A program made the translations under genes and the position numbers. A stretch of DNA of 64,000 nucleotides, from assembly GCA_951406725.2 (NCBI GenBank), contig OX597834.1:36394001-36458000 (forward strand). The letters are read 5' to 3'. Below the pieces are notes generated by a model. It worked only from the letters and a program-made list of their open reading frames with translations. It was not told the origin of the DNA and made no database searches. Shown here one piece after another: positions 43,441 through 56,456 of the stretch. The first letter of the stretch is position 1, and each line of letters starts with the position of its first letter. This stretch comes from Octopus vulgaris. Taxonomy: Eukaryota.

Positions 43441-43879
43441 TGTCTTTGTGTTCTGAGTTCAAATTCTGCCGAGGTCGACTTTGCCTTTCATCCTTTCGAG
43501 GTCAATAAATTAAATACCTATTTCTTTATTACCCACAAGGGGCTAAACACAGAGGGGACAAACAAGGACAGACATAGGTATTAAGTCGATTACATCGACC
43601 CCCAGTGCGTATCTGGTACTTAATTTATCGACCCCGAAAGGATGAAAGGCAAAGTCGACCTCGGCGGAATTTGAACTCACAACGTAACGCAGACGAAATA
43701 CCGCTAAGCATGTCGCCCGGCGTGCTAACGTTTCTGCCAGCTCGCCGCCTAAATTAAATACCAGTTGCGCACTGGAAGAGGGTGTGGGGAAGGTCGATCT
43801 AATCGACTGTCCTCTCCCCACACCCCGCCAAAAAAATAATTTCAGGCCCTTGTGTTTAGAGTAGAAAAGATTATCTTAC

Positions 43880-44092
43880 TTGGACTGTCTGTGCTGTGGT
43901 GGCTTGGTCCTGTTGTTGTCTCTTTAGTTGGCGACTGTGTGCTGTGAGCAGGTTGTGTAGTGTGTCCACCAGATGTAGTTGTGTCTTGAGACTGGCTGCT
44001 GGACTTAACATCTGTGCTCGGTAAACTATAATCTGTGACGTTGGTTGTGTTGTCTGTTAATTTTTCGCTATATTGGCTTACTGTGATTCTTT
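43880..44092 (-). CDS. Gene A exon 3: Ser/Thr-rich mucin linker
   Basis: Lies within ORF 43842..44180. Translation: ERITVSQYSEKLTDNTTNVTDYSLPSTDVKSSSQSQDTTTSGGHTTQPAHSTQSPTKETTTGPSHHSTDSP. Donor CCAA|GTAAG is phase 1. The acceptor is uncertain (an in-frame alternative exists at 44053). Confidence 0.72.
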
Positions 44093-44315
44093 CTGGTTTT
44101 GTAAACAATAGTGAAAATTTTGCAAATATAATTATAACAGTGAAAAACTTATGCTTATATAAACCAAAATAAATATTCAAATAAATGATTAAATATGACT
44201 TAAAACATTTTTCATATTATCGAGGAAATATTTTGTTGCATGCTGGGAGTGTCCTTAGGCCCAATAACAAACATATGCACAAGCCATTTCACTTTTATAC
44301 TCTCTTTACTCTCTC

Positions 44316-44718
44316 TTTTACTTGTTTTAGTCATTTGACTGTGGCCATGCTGGAGCACCACCTTTAGTCGAGCAAATCGACCCCGGGACTTATTCTTTGT
44401 AAGCCCAGTACTTATTCTATCGGTTCTCTTTTGCCGAACCGCTAAGTGACGGGGACGTAACCACACCAGCATCGGTTGTCAAGAAATGCTAGGGGGACAA
44501 ACACTCACACACAAACACATACACACACACTTATATATATATATACATATATATCTGACAGGCTTCTTTCAGTTTCCGTCTACCAAATCCACTCACAAGG
44601 CATTGATCGGCCCGGGGCTATAGCAGAAGACACTTGCCCAAGATGTCACGCAGTGGGACTGAACCCGGAACCATGTGGTTGGTTAGCAAGCTACTTACCA
44701 CACAGCCACTCCTGCGCC
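44316..44718 (-). mobile_element. SINE family A
   Basis: Full-length match. Confidence 0.8.
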
Positions 44719-45124
44719 TTTATCATCATTATCATTATCAGCATTATTATTATTATTATTATTATTGTTGTTGTTGTTGTTGTTGTTAATATTGCTGCTG
44801 TTGTTGTTGTTGTTTACTTTTTTTTTCAATTTTGATTCCATTTCTTACCAAGTGTCTTCTCAACACCTAGGGCAAAGAAACTTAGTATATACACTGGTAG
44901 GTCATCAAAATAAAAAAAACACCAGACCGTTCATTTACAAAGACGAGTTATGTGATAGAAGAAAAAAAGAGTGGGGGAGGGGTGGAAGATAGAAAGAAGA
45001 AAGGAAAAAAGTAAAAAGAAAAGATAGAAGAAATATGAAGAAAAAAGAAAACTAAGAAAATAAAGAAGAAAAAAAGGAAAGAAAATTCAAAGAGACAATG
45101 CTTCTCTCAATACGTGTGACGTAG

Positions 45125-45530
45125 CAGTTGAAACGTTAGCAGGCTGGACGAAATGTTTAGCGGTATTTCGTCTGCCGTTACGTTCTGAGTTCAAATTCCG
45201 CCAAAGTCGACTTTGCTTTTCATCCTTTCGGGGTCGATAAATTAAGTACCAGTTACGCACTGGGGTCGATATAATCGACTTAATCCGTTTGTCTGTCCTT
45301 GTTTGTCCTCTCTGTGTTTAGCCCCTTGTGGGTAGTAAAGAAATAGGTATTTCGTCTGCCATTACGTTCTGAGTTCAAATTACGCCAAAGTCGACTTTGC
45401 TTTTCATCCTTTCGGGGTCGATAAATTAAGTACCAGTTACGCACTGGGGTCGATATAATCGACTTAATCCGTTTGTCTGTCCTTGTTTGTCCCCTCTATG
45501 TTTAGCACCGTGTGGGCAATTAAGAAATAA
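45125..45530 (+). mobile_element. SINE family B head-to-tail dimer
   Basis: Two consecutive ~185-bp units. Confidence 0.8.
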
Positions 45531-45800
45531 GTTGAAACAATCTTTTGCACTCCTTGTGGGGATGGTAAGTCAGGGATCATTCTCAAATACTTTACAGTTC
45601 CTTTTTGAATCATTCCAAGTGCTCCTACGATCACTGGTATTCTAACCGTCTTGAGGTGCCACATTTTATTTTTCAATTTCAGTCAGCAAATCTTTATTGT
45701 TTCTGAACTTATCAAATTCTTTTGCCGAGATATTATGATCACAAGGTATACTCGTGTCAATCAATGAACAGACTTTATTGTTTTGGTCTTTCACAACAAT
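45530..45800 (-). mobile_element. R4/Dong-like LINE 3' fragment
   Basis: CSLIDTSIPCDHNISAKEFDK..KDLLTEIEK / MWHLKTVRIPVIVGALG...VQKIV. Other pieces are at 48810-48895 (+) and 49320-49850 (-). Confidence 0.7.
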
Positions 45801-46040
45801 CTTCTTCTTCTTCTTCTTCTTCTTCTTCTTCTTCTTCTTCTTCTTCTTCTTCGTCTTCTTCTTCTTCTTCTTCTTCGTCTTCTTCTTCTTCTTCTTCTTC
45901 TTCTTCTTCTTCTTCTTCTTCTTCTTCTTCGTCTTCTTCTTCTTCTTCTTCTTCTTCTTCTTCTTCTTCTTCTTCTTCTTCTTCTTCGTCTTCTTCTTCT
46001 TCTTCTTCTTCGTCTTCTTCTTCTTCTTCTTCTTCTTCTT
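45800..46040. repeat. (TTC)n microsatellite with interspersed GTC
   Basis: Seen directly. Confidence 0.95.
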
Positions 46041-46775
46041 TATATTGAGTGAGAGAGCAGTGCATGCCATCAAAGTGACATCAGGGTTACGTTACAAATA
46101 TACGAAGCCCAATATACCCATCATGGCTACCCGTCTGATAAAGGTACACCAGGCACATGCACCACAACCATATGTGCACAACATGGTGATCTCATATCAA
46201 GATAATCAGCGCATGACGTTGCAGGTGGGGCCCAATAAGAATTTTCTTCAGGTCGAGTAGCCCATCCCACTCAAAAGGTCCCTGAATAAGGTCTGTTTAA
46301 GGATGTTGAATGAAACTCCCATGTTTCCAAAGGCGAATTATCCAAACTCCAAAGATTTCCTCTCAACACATGGCTATGATGCTCCCCCACTACGTTTGCT
46401 CATGACCAGAGATGTACATATTCTTTTCTACTCTAGGCACAAGGCCCAAAATTTTGGTGGGGAGGGGCCAGTCAATTAGATTGACCACAGTACATAACTG
46501 GTACTTAATTTAATCGACCTCGGAAAGATGAAAGGCAAAGTTGACCTCAGCGGAATTTGAACTCGGAATATAAAGACATGCTAACGTTTCTGAAGCGCCC
46601 CATCTTTTAAATACTCTATATCGTTTCAACTCCTAAGACATCTGACAAAGCCAAAAAGTATAAATAAAATAATTTTGGCAATTAATGGGAGCTTACCCTG
46701 ACGTTTTTGATGTTGGTTCGAAAGGATGTAGCCCAGGTAACTAGGGCAACAGCCCTGCATCCGCCACTGATGTGT

Positions 46776-46840
<65 letters not shown>

Positions 46841-46954
46841 TGTGTGTGCGTGTGTGTGTGCGCACGCATGCTTGTGTGTGTGTGTCTGAGTGTGTATGAG
46901 TCCGCATGTGTGAACATGTATATGTGTGTATGTGAGAGAAGACGTGTGTGTTTA

Positions 46955-46985
<31 letters not shown>

Positions 46986-47299
46986 TTTGTGTGTGTGCAT
47001 TTTGTGTATGTATACAGGTGTGTTTGTTTGTTTTCGTGTTTGTCCCATGCTGGAGCTTTGATTTGAGGAGTTCAAAGGCAGCAAGCTATCAGAAACGTTA
47101 GCACACTGGGCGAAATGCTTAGCAGTATTTCATCTGTCTTTACGTTCTGAGTTCAAATTCCCCGAGGCCTACTTTGCCTTTCATCCTTTCGGGGTCGATA
47201 AATTAAGTACCACTTTGTACTGGGGTTGATTTAATCAACTGGCCCCCTCCCCCCAAACTTCGGGCCTTGTGCCTAGAATAGAAAAGGTTTGATGGGTTT

Positions 47300-47749
47300 A
47301 ATTGACCAATTCGACCCTAGTGCTTACTTTTTAAAGATGGTGCTTATTCTATTGGTCTTTATTGCTGAAGCGCTAAGTTACGAGGGTATCTGCTAAACCA
47401 ACACCATTTTTCAAGTGGTGACGAGGACGAACACAATCACAGTCTCGCACATGTGCACACACATGCACAAACTTGCAAACACACACATACATGCATGCAC
47501 ACACATACATGCACACACACACATACATGCACACACACATATACATGCACACACACACATACATGCATATATACATGCGCACTTATGCGCACACTCACAT
47601 ACACATGTGCACTCACATGCTCACGCAAATAGACACACACATACATACACACGCATGCACTCTCTCACACACACACATACATCAGCATACACACACATAC
47701 GCACACATATACATGTGCAGACAGGCACACACAAATACACGTGTGCACT

Positions 47750-47781
<32 letters not shown>

Positions 47782-48650
47782 TGCATGCGCACATTTGCAC
47801 ACATATGCACACACACACACACACACACACACGATACACAAGACGTGCTTCTGCACAGTTTCCATCAAATCCACCCAGGCGGCATTGGTTGGCCCGTTGT
47901 TATATTTTGTAGGAAACAATTGTACATGGTGCCACACAACGAGATTGAACCTGAAATCACATGGTAGCAAAAAGGGCTTCATAACCACACAACCACCAAA
48001 CCAATGATCAAGAAAACGGTTTTAATCACATAATTTTTTCAGGATTTCTGTTGTCGGGGTTTCAACAACCAATGTGTCCTTCAGGATTTTCAGAACGGAA
48101 GGGTGGATTTGGTTGCTGTTTCTTGGAAGGGGTGGGGCTATGCGAATGTATAAATAACGAATGTATAGGGAAATGTTACCTGCATGAATACATGTGTGGT
48201 TCTTCTGGCTCCAAATGGTGTGGTTTTGGCAGTGGAAGGTCTGAAAGCATTCAGAGGCACCACACATGTAAAATTTAGTGGCGTCAGTTTGATCTCCAAT
48301 AAAATCTCCTGCTTTGCAAGGTTTGCAGTGTTCTGATGTTTCATTACAATAACACCAGTCAGCTATAAACAGAGAGAGAGAGAGTTAGATGCCAATAATA
48401 ATAATAATAATAATAATAATGATAATAATTATAATAATAATTTCAAATTTTTCCATAATGGCAGCAATTTTGGGGGAGGGGATAAGCTGATTACATCGAA
48501 ACCAGTATGCAACTGGTACTTAACTTATTGACCTCAAAAGGATGAAAGGTAGAGTTGACCGCTGTGGAGTTTGAACTCAGAACGTAGCGACGGGCGAAAC
48601 ACCACTAAGCATTTCATCCAGTGCGCTAACATTTCTGCCAGCTCACCACC

Positions 48651-48660
<10 letters not shown>
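47300..48660. repeat. Local segmental duplication, copy 2
   Basis: Colinear, highly similar partner of 39540-41010. Confidence 0.85.
48180..48362 (-). CDS. Gene A exon 2: 8-Cys chitin-binding type-2 (CBM14/peritrophin-A)-like domain 1
   Basis: Boundaries tttatag|CT...GCAG|gtaac, 183 nt, phase 1-1. Translation: ADWCYCNETSEHCKPCKAGDFIGDQTDATKFYMCGASECFQTFHCQNHTIWSQKNHTCIHA. The D-x-x-K-F/Y-Y-x-C...C...W...C pattern resembles ChtBD2. Confidence 0.8.
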
Positions 48661-48711
<51 letters not shown>

Positions 48712-49864
48712 AGAAGAAGAAGAAGAAGAAGAAGAAGAAGAAGAAGAAGAAGAAGAAGAAGCACGGAAAACGGACGTTAAACGATGATGATGATGATGAT
48801 GATGATGATCCCTGGCTGACCATCCATAAGGAAGTGCAAAAGATTGTCTTAACTGGTACGTCAGACATATTGAGAAGAATATTGTCGCAGTGAATTTTCT
48901 TTCCATTTTCTCCCTCTATTTTCTTTGTTTACTTTTTTATTTTTTATTTTTTCCCCCTCTGTCTTACCTCCCGTTTTTCTCTATCACATGACTTTGTAAA
49001 TAAACAATTTGGTGTGTTTATTTTAATGGCCTACCAATGTATACAGTGTGTTTCTTTGGCCTAGGTGTCAGGAAGATACTCAGCGAGAAATCGAAACAGA
49101 ATTGAAAGAAGGTGATAATGAAAATAATAAAAATAATAAATGCCCTGATGCAGTACTAAGCAGTGGCTCTCATGGCTTCTCATCATAACTGATTGGAAGT
49201 GTTATCATGTACATTGTTTTGTCTTGGAATACAAGATGGGCTTCAGCAAATATTCTGCTCAATACCGCGGATTTCCTTGTCAGTTGTTTGACCTTAACCA
49301 TTTCAGCATGTCCCTTGGTATTCCAAACATACTCATTGTTTTACTTATGCAACTGTGTGATACCATGTCATATGCTTTTCTTGTAACCTGGCCATGCTAC
49401 ATCCAGTCCTGTCAGTTTGCATCAACAATTTCTAATTATTATTTTATCAACTAATAACTGATCTTTTGTTGCCCAATTTTGGATCCCGAATCCTTTCTGT
49501 TCTGGAAGCAGATTGTTACTTTCCAGATGTTTGTATAACTCTTCCGCCAAGACTCTGATCATAAGCTTCCACATTAGTGATAAACAAGGTTATAAGTCAA
49601 AAATTTGGTGCCAAGTTCCCTTTCAAGGGATCCTTGAGATATAGCAGCGTTCGTCCTCTAGTCATTCAGGAAGGGCCGTGACCTTACTGCAGGACTGCAG
49701 GCAGTAATCAAGTTGCACAGTGATCATTTCATGCAACTGCGTAAAGTTCTTCAGCCAATAGCCTTGTACCCCATCGGGGTCGGTTCCTTTCCAATTTGCT
49801 ATTTATTTTAACTTCTGTCTCACTGTATATAAATTAATTCTGATGTCCTTATTATTATCATTAT

Positions 49865-50417
49865 TGAGTGAGAGAGGCAGCGCATGCCATCAAATTGACA
49901 TTGGGGTAAAATAAACGAAGTCCAGTATACCCATCATGGCTACCTGTCTGATAAGGATACACCAGGCACAAGCATCATAACCATATGTGCGAGACTTGAT
50001 GATGCATATCAAAATAAACAGAATATGATCTTGCAGGAGGGGCCCAGATAAAATTTTCTTCAGGTCGAGCAGTCTATCTCACTCCCTGAATAAGGGTTGT
50101 TTAAGGATGTTGAACAAAACATCCATGTTTCCAAAGGTGAATTAATCCAAACCCCAACGAATTCCTCTCAACACATGGCTATGATGCTCCCCCACTAATT
50201 CTGCTCATGATCAGAGATGCACATTTCGTCAGCCATTAAGGGACATGCTCAACTGGTTATGGTCAGACAATTGACAAGCAAATCTGTAGTGTAGTATTGA
50301 GCAGAATATTTGCTGTAGTCCATCTTTTCTACCAAGACAAAACAATGTACATGATTACAATTCCAATCAGTTAAGATCAGAAGCCATGAGAACCAATTTT
50401 TTGTTTCTGCATCAGGG
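49865..50417 (-). mobile_element. Family E repeat copy inside (ATT)n
   Basis: Colinear with 30441-30998, with (TTA)n on both sides. Confidence 0.7.
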
Positions 50418-50482
<65 letters not shown>

Positions 50483-51088
50483 TGAGGTGGTGAGCTGGCA
50501 GAATCGTTAGCACTCAGAGCGAAATGCTTAGTGGTATTTCATCTGCCGTTATGTTCTGAGTTCAAATTCCGCAGAAGTCAACTATGCCTTTCATCCTCTC
50601 AGGCTCAGTAAAATAAGTACCAGTGAAATACTAGGATCAATGTAATCAACTACTCTACTCCCCTCACCCGAGATTTCAGGTCTGTGCCTTTAGTAGAAAG
50701 GATTATTATTATCATTATTATTATTATTATTATTATTATCTTGAAAAATGATCCTCCCTACACACAGCAAGAATGCAGCTTTGGGATGAGCCGACAGTCA
50801 CACAATGGACAAGAATGGCAAAAAGTGGACAAGAGTAGTGGTCATTCTTTCTGCTTGAAATGGGAGTCAAAACTACCTCAAGATCACAACTCACTCTCTT
50901 AAAAATGCATTAATATATTGCGAAAGCGATAATGCCTGTAACATAGGTGGCCATAGGGTCACACGATAAACAGCCGGGTTGACCTGAGACCAAAACCACA
51001 AAAAAAAAAAAAATCACCAACAATCTACAAAAACAGCTACAACAACTATGATAACAACAACAACAACAACAACAATACAGTTCTACAT

Positions 51089-51166
51089 GGGCATATGACG
51101 TAGTGGTTAAGAGCGTGGGTACTAGCCCCAAGATTCCAAGTTCAATTCCAAGCAGTGATCTAAACA

Positions 51167-51212
<46 letters not shown>

Positions 51213-51253
51213 GAAGAAGAAGAAGAAGAAGAAGAATAGTAGTAGTAGTAGTA

Positions 51254-51305
<52 letters not shown>

Positions 51306-51337
51306 GAAGAAGAAGAAGAATAGTAGTAGTAGTAGTA

Positions 51338-51376
<39 letters not shown>

Positions 51377-51404
51377 TTAATAATAATAATAACAATTATA
51401 ATAA

Positions 51405-51472
<68 letters not shown>

Positions 51473-51630
51473 GTAATATGATTTAAAAATACCTTAGGAA
51501 TGAGAACCCAGGTTCGAAATTTCCCCCAAGACACCTGATGAAGGCTTGGAGGGTATATCAGCCAAAATGTTGTGTTAACGACAAACAAGATGAGGACAAA
51601 TATCCGTGAAATGTAAATAATGTAAATAAT
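51089..51630 (+). mobile_element. tRNA-headed SINE-like element with internal (TAA/GAA/TAG)n tract and hammerhead-bearing tail
   Basis: Head GGGCATATGACGTAGTGGTTAAGAGCGTGGG...GTTCAATTCC carries A/B boxes. Tail 51480-51630 is near-identical to 18350-18485 and has a decayed hammerhead (CUGAUGA...GCC-AAAAU-GUU). Confidence 0.75.
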
Positions 51631-52000
51631 CTAACTTCAACACTATCAACAACACCGATAACACCCTACATTCTATACCATTTGAATCCCATCAAATGCC
51701 GTAATGTCAGTGAGTGAAACAATGGGTAGTTTTTGGTTCTCTTACCCCCATTGAAATATTGGGTTGTCTCGTCATGTTTTACGAGAAATATAGAAATATC
51801 GGTACTTTTTGTTATTTTCCTTCAACGTCAACAATGCGTTGAAGGATTGAATCAAAAGGATTTAACTCTTTTAAATCCAATCTCTTGTTGCCACATTAAC
51901 AGGATTTTTTTTTTTTTTAATGGGGAGGTAATCCCAATTTTTTAATGGCAATTTTTTTAATGGGGGGTGGAAATAACCAAAAAATACCAAACAATGATAG

Positions 52001-52032
<32 letters not shown>

Positions 52033-52089
52033 AACAACAACGACAGCATCAATGTCAACAATACCAATAATTCAAATAACGGCAAATAC

Positions 52090-52198
52090 CTGTAACATCT
52101 GGGGCTCCAGTTTGTGCTAAAACTTTGCTGTTTGCAACACATACCAAAGCAAGCGTGATTGCTGCCACAAAAATTAACAATCTAGACATTTTTTCCAT
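52090..52198 (-). CDS. Gene A exon 1: signal peptide of a GPI-anchored CBM14/mucin (peritrophin-like) protein
   Basis: Manual translation gives MEKMSRLLIFVAAITLALVCVANSKVLAQTGAPDVT+G (109 nt), ending at the phase-1 donor ACAG|GTATTT, which matches the phase of exon 2. Confidence 0.8.
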
Positions 52199-52326
52199 GT
52201 TTGTTTTGTTGTTGTTGTTCTTCTTGTTTCGTTTTTTTTTTTGTTAAAAGTAAGTGGCACGCTTGCTCTGTGTGTGTTTGCAGAGTGGTGGCTTTTGATC
52301 TGCGCCAGAGCTGATTCTCGCACCAC

Positions 52327-52334
52327 TATTTATA
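52327..52334 (-). promoter_or_regulatory. TATA box of gene A (TATAAATA on minus strand)
   Basis: Plus-strand tatttata lies ~130 nt upstream of the gene A ATG (52198) and is followed by an A/C-rich leader ending in AAACATGG. Confidence 0.65.
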
Positions 52335-52474
52335 GTGATCGCCACGACCACCACCATCACCACCACAGCTGTCGCTACTGTCACTACCACCACCACCACC
52401 TACTACTACTACTACTGATACTACTCCTACTACTACTATTACTACCAGTGCTACCCATCACAACCACCATCACC

Positions 52475-52506
<32 letters not shown>

Positions 52507-53477
52507 CAACACCACCACTAACACCACAATTGTTATCACCACCAACTACCACTACCACTCCAATCACCTCCACGCACAGCCATCAGCACCACCACCACCA
52601 CCACCAACACCACCAACACCACCACCACCACCACCATCATTACTACCGCCACTATGATTTCAACCCAGCAGCGCCACCCCTTCTACCACCACCACCACCA
52701 CTGTCACCCTTCCTGCTCTGACCTTCCGTCTTGGGCCCACCCAATCACCGACCCACCCCAGTAATTTACTTATTTATTTATTTATTTATTTATTTAGAAA
52801 TTTTGTCAATCCTACCGAGTGTCGATGATCAATCAATCAATCAATCAATCAATCTCGTTATCGGTCATAGGACAATAATTAAGAGCAAAAGTCAAGATAT
52901 CTAATCATGATGAATATTCGCTGATAATTAAACGGCATTGAGAAAATATAGAACAATGGTTTGTTTATTTCTTTTATCATACATTATGTTTTTTTCTCTC
53001 TTCATTCTTTCACTTGTTTCAGCCATTGGGCCGGGCCATACTGGGGCACCACCTTCACAGATTTCTCTTTGCTTGTCTTTGCCTTTTCTTTTTTAAGCCA
53101 GTTCCTTATTTTATTAGTTTCGTTTGCACACACACACACTCACACACACACGCACACAGACACACACACACTCACACTCTCACACACACACACATGCACA
53201 CAGGCATACACACACATTCACACACACGCACACACATTCTTTTATTCTTTTATTTGTTTACTTGTTTCAGTCATTTGACTATGGCTGAGCTGGATGAACG
53301 CCTTAAAGGGTTTTTAGTTGAAGGAATCGACCACCAGGACTTATTCTTTGTGAGCCTACTACTTATTCTATTGGGATCTTTTGCCGAACCGTTAAGTCAC
53401 AGGGACATAAACATACCAACATCGGTTGTCAAGCGATAGTGGGGTACAAACACACACATAAAAACACACACCCATAA

Positions 53478-53516
<39 letters not shown>

Positions 53517-53524
53517 CAGATATA

Positions 53525-54360
53525 TAGTTGAAATTTACAGAAAAACAAAAGATGAAGACAGGTGTATGAACAGCAAACAGGTGTATTTGTTTGACACTCG
53601 GGAAGTGAGAAAGTCTTTTACATTTCGAGCCTACGCTCTTCAACAGGAAGGAATAAGAGAAAATAAACAGAGAGAGAATAAAAAAACTTCTGGATTTACC
53701 GATCAAGCTTGGCAGCTGGTTGGAGAAAAAAGGTTCGACAAGAGAATTAGAAAGAAGAGGAGGTAATAAAATATTGGGGATCTCAAACCAAAGGTGCATG
53801 TGCATCGGCGTGTATGTGAGAATGTGTGTCGATAGGATTGTGGGGTAGGTGTGTGGGTGGGGATGGGGGTGTGGTATGGAGATGTGGGAGTAGGGATGGG
53901 TGGAGAGTGGAGGGGGTATCGATAAAGAGAGAAGGTGGGTAGGGGTGAAGTGAGGAAGTAGGTGTCAGATGAAGAGAGGAGGGGAGTTGAGACTGTGTTG
54001 CACAAAGAAGTGAAGAGAGAAGATTAATTCTTGTTCACAGCGAAGGCACACGTATGGATGGCCCCTGTGCAAGGACAATCTGAACATGGACAGGTGTTGT
54101 AGTGAATGACCAGTAGATCAGAAATGGTATTAGACTGGGGTGTCATTGCCAAGTTTGATTCTTGGAGGTGCTCTGCAAACCCGTTAGCCAAGCAGTGTCC
54201 CATTTGACCGATGTACAGAAATGGGCAGAAAGAGCAGGAGATGTACTAAATGATGTTGCTAAAAGTGCGAGTAAAAGGTTTTCCCATCTGCATGGGATAG
54301 GAAAGCCTTCTTTTTCCTGTCGAGGGCTTATGAGACATTTTTCCTTAGTCATTGCAAGGT
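53525..54360 (-). mobile_element. Penelope-like element 3' fragment (GIY-YIG remnant + pseudo-LTR with variant hammerhead)
   Basis: The minus strand at ~54290-54170 reads ..SNII..ISCSFCPFLYIGQMGHCLANGFAEH. CUGUUGA-A-GAGC(GUAG)GCUC-GAAAUGUA lies at ~53616-53650. A related pLTR remnant is at 20712-20900. Confidence 0.6.
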
Positions 54361-54610
54361 GATCACCGTAAGCTTTAAGATTATACAAAAATACAATTAT
54401 TAACATTTACAGGATTATAAAACATGGCACTGTATAACAAAACCATTCACACTGAAATAATACAACCACATATGTGTGTATGTATATATATATATATACA
54501 AACATAAGCCATGAAAGCCACTGCCTGGTACTGCATCAGGGCATTTATAATTATTGCTTTTATTATTATTATTATCATTATTATTATTATTATCATTATT
54601 ATTATTATTA

Positions 54611-54707
<97 letters not shown>

Positions 54708-55185
54708 CATTATTATTTGTTTTTAAAATCTGGTACTTATTCTGTGAGTCTCGTGGGCCAAAATCATAAAATGGCTGGAATCCTACAAGTGTATTGAAGT
54801 CAAAGAATCCTACTTTGAAGAAGATTCCAGTTTTGTATTCTCTGGAAAAATTCTCAAAACTTCTGGAATGCACCTTGCAGACACACACACTCACACATAC
54901 ACACACACATTTATGCGCCCTTTTCAAGCCTAGCCAGGCTCATGGGCCCAGTTTCCCGGTTTCTGTGGCGTATGTGTTCCACCGAGCTGGACGGGACGTC
55001 AGTCCATTGCAGCATTACTCAAGAAAGAGTGAGAGAAAGTTAGGGGCGAAAGAGTACATGAGGGGTCGCCACCACCCGCTGCTGGAGCGTTTTCGCTCAA
55101 TAAACACACAACGCCCTGTCTGGTAATTGAAACTGTGATCCTCCGACCGCGAGTCCACTGCCCTAACCACTAGGCCATTGCGCCT

Positions 55186-55321
<136 letters not shown>

Positions 55322-55429
55322 CAAATAAGAAAATGGAGAAACAATTTAGTTGGTTCATCAGCTTTCGGATATTAGAATGTTGACTTATTTATTCATTTAA
55401 CAAAAATGAGAACCTTAATAACTTACATC

Positions 55430-55832
55430 TCTCTTTTACTTGTTTCAGTCATTTGAGTGCGGCCATGCTGGAGCACCGCCTTTTAGTCGAGCAAATCTAC
55501 CCCGGGACTTATTCTTTATAAGCCCAGTACTTATTCTATTGGTCTCTTTTGCCGAACCGCTAAGTGACAGGGACGTAAACACACCAGCATGGGTTGTCAA
55601 GCAATGCTAGGGGGACAAACACAGACACACAAACACATACACACACACATATATATATATACATATATACGACAGGCTTCTTTCAGTTTCCGTCTACCAA
55701 ATCCACTCACAAGGCATTGGTCGGCCCGGGGCTATAGCAGAAGACACTTGCCCAAGATGCCACGGAGTGGGACTGAACCCGGAACCATGTGGTTGGTTAG
55801 CAAGCTACTTACCACACAGCCACTCCTGCGCC
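55430..55832 (-). mobile_element. SINE family A
   Basis: Full-length match. Confidence 0.8.
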
Positions 55833-55919
55833 TATATACATATATTATAATTCGATACATATAAGATAAGAATACAATTATAAAAATCTTAATATAAATT
55901 ATTGAAATCATTAAAATTA

Positions 55920-56047
55920 CTCTTACAGCTGTTTCAGCCTATGGATAAAAGTAGTTTTTCTTCCAGTGCCTATAGTTGTCAATTATATTGAGGTTGTAGG
56001 CATTTACAAATAGGGTACTTATATATAACCATAGGCCTCGTCAGAGG
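55920..56047 (-). ncRNA. Hammerhead ribozyme with ~85-nt loop II
   Basis: CUGACGA-GGCCUAUGG-[long loop]-CCAUAGGCU-GAAAC-AGCU-GUA. Stem III is palindromic (ACAGCUGU); stem I is weak. Confidence 0.6.
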
Positions 56048-56409
56048 TTATAAAGAACTTTAAAAATATGAATACATGAAACAGGATACACATGTAGATA
56101 GATAGATATAATTATATATGCATGTATGTAAACATATATGCATGTGTCTGTATCTATTAAAATAAACATAAATAAAATTGGTGAACAATTTGCTAATATT
56201 GAACTGTGCGTCACATGTGTTGTTGACCGGTGCGTTTGTATAATTGATTTGTAAGTATGTGACGATGAGAATGTAGTTCTTGAGGAGTATTAAAGAATGG
56301 GTGGGGCTAGTTTTACCGATAATCAATGAACATTCTCTTGCTTTCGTCTCATTGACCGTCATAAACAGATCTGTCACTCTTTTGCACTTAACTTGCCATC
56401 ACCCATCTG

Positions 56410-56456
<47 letters not shown>

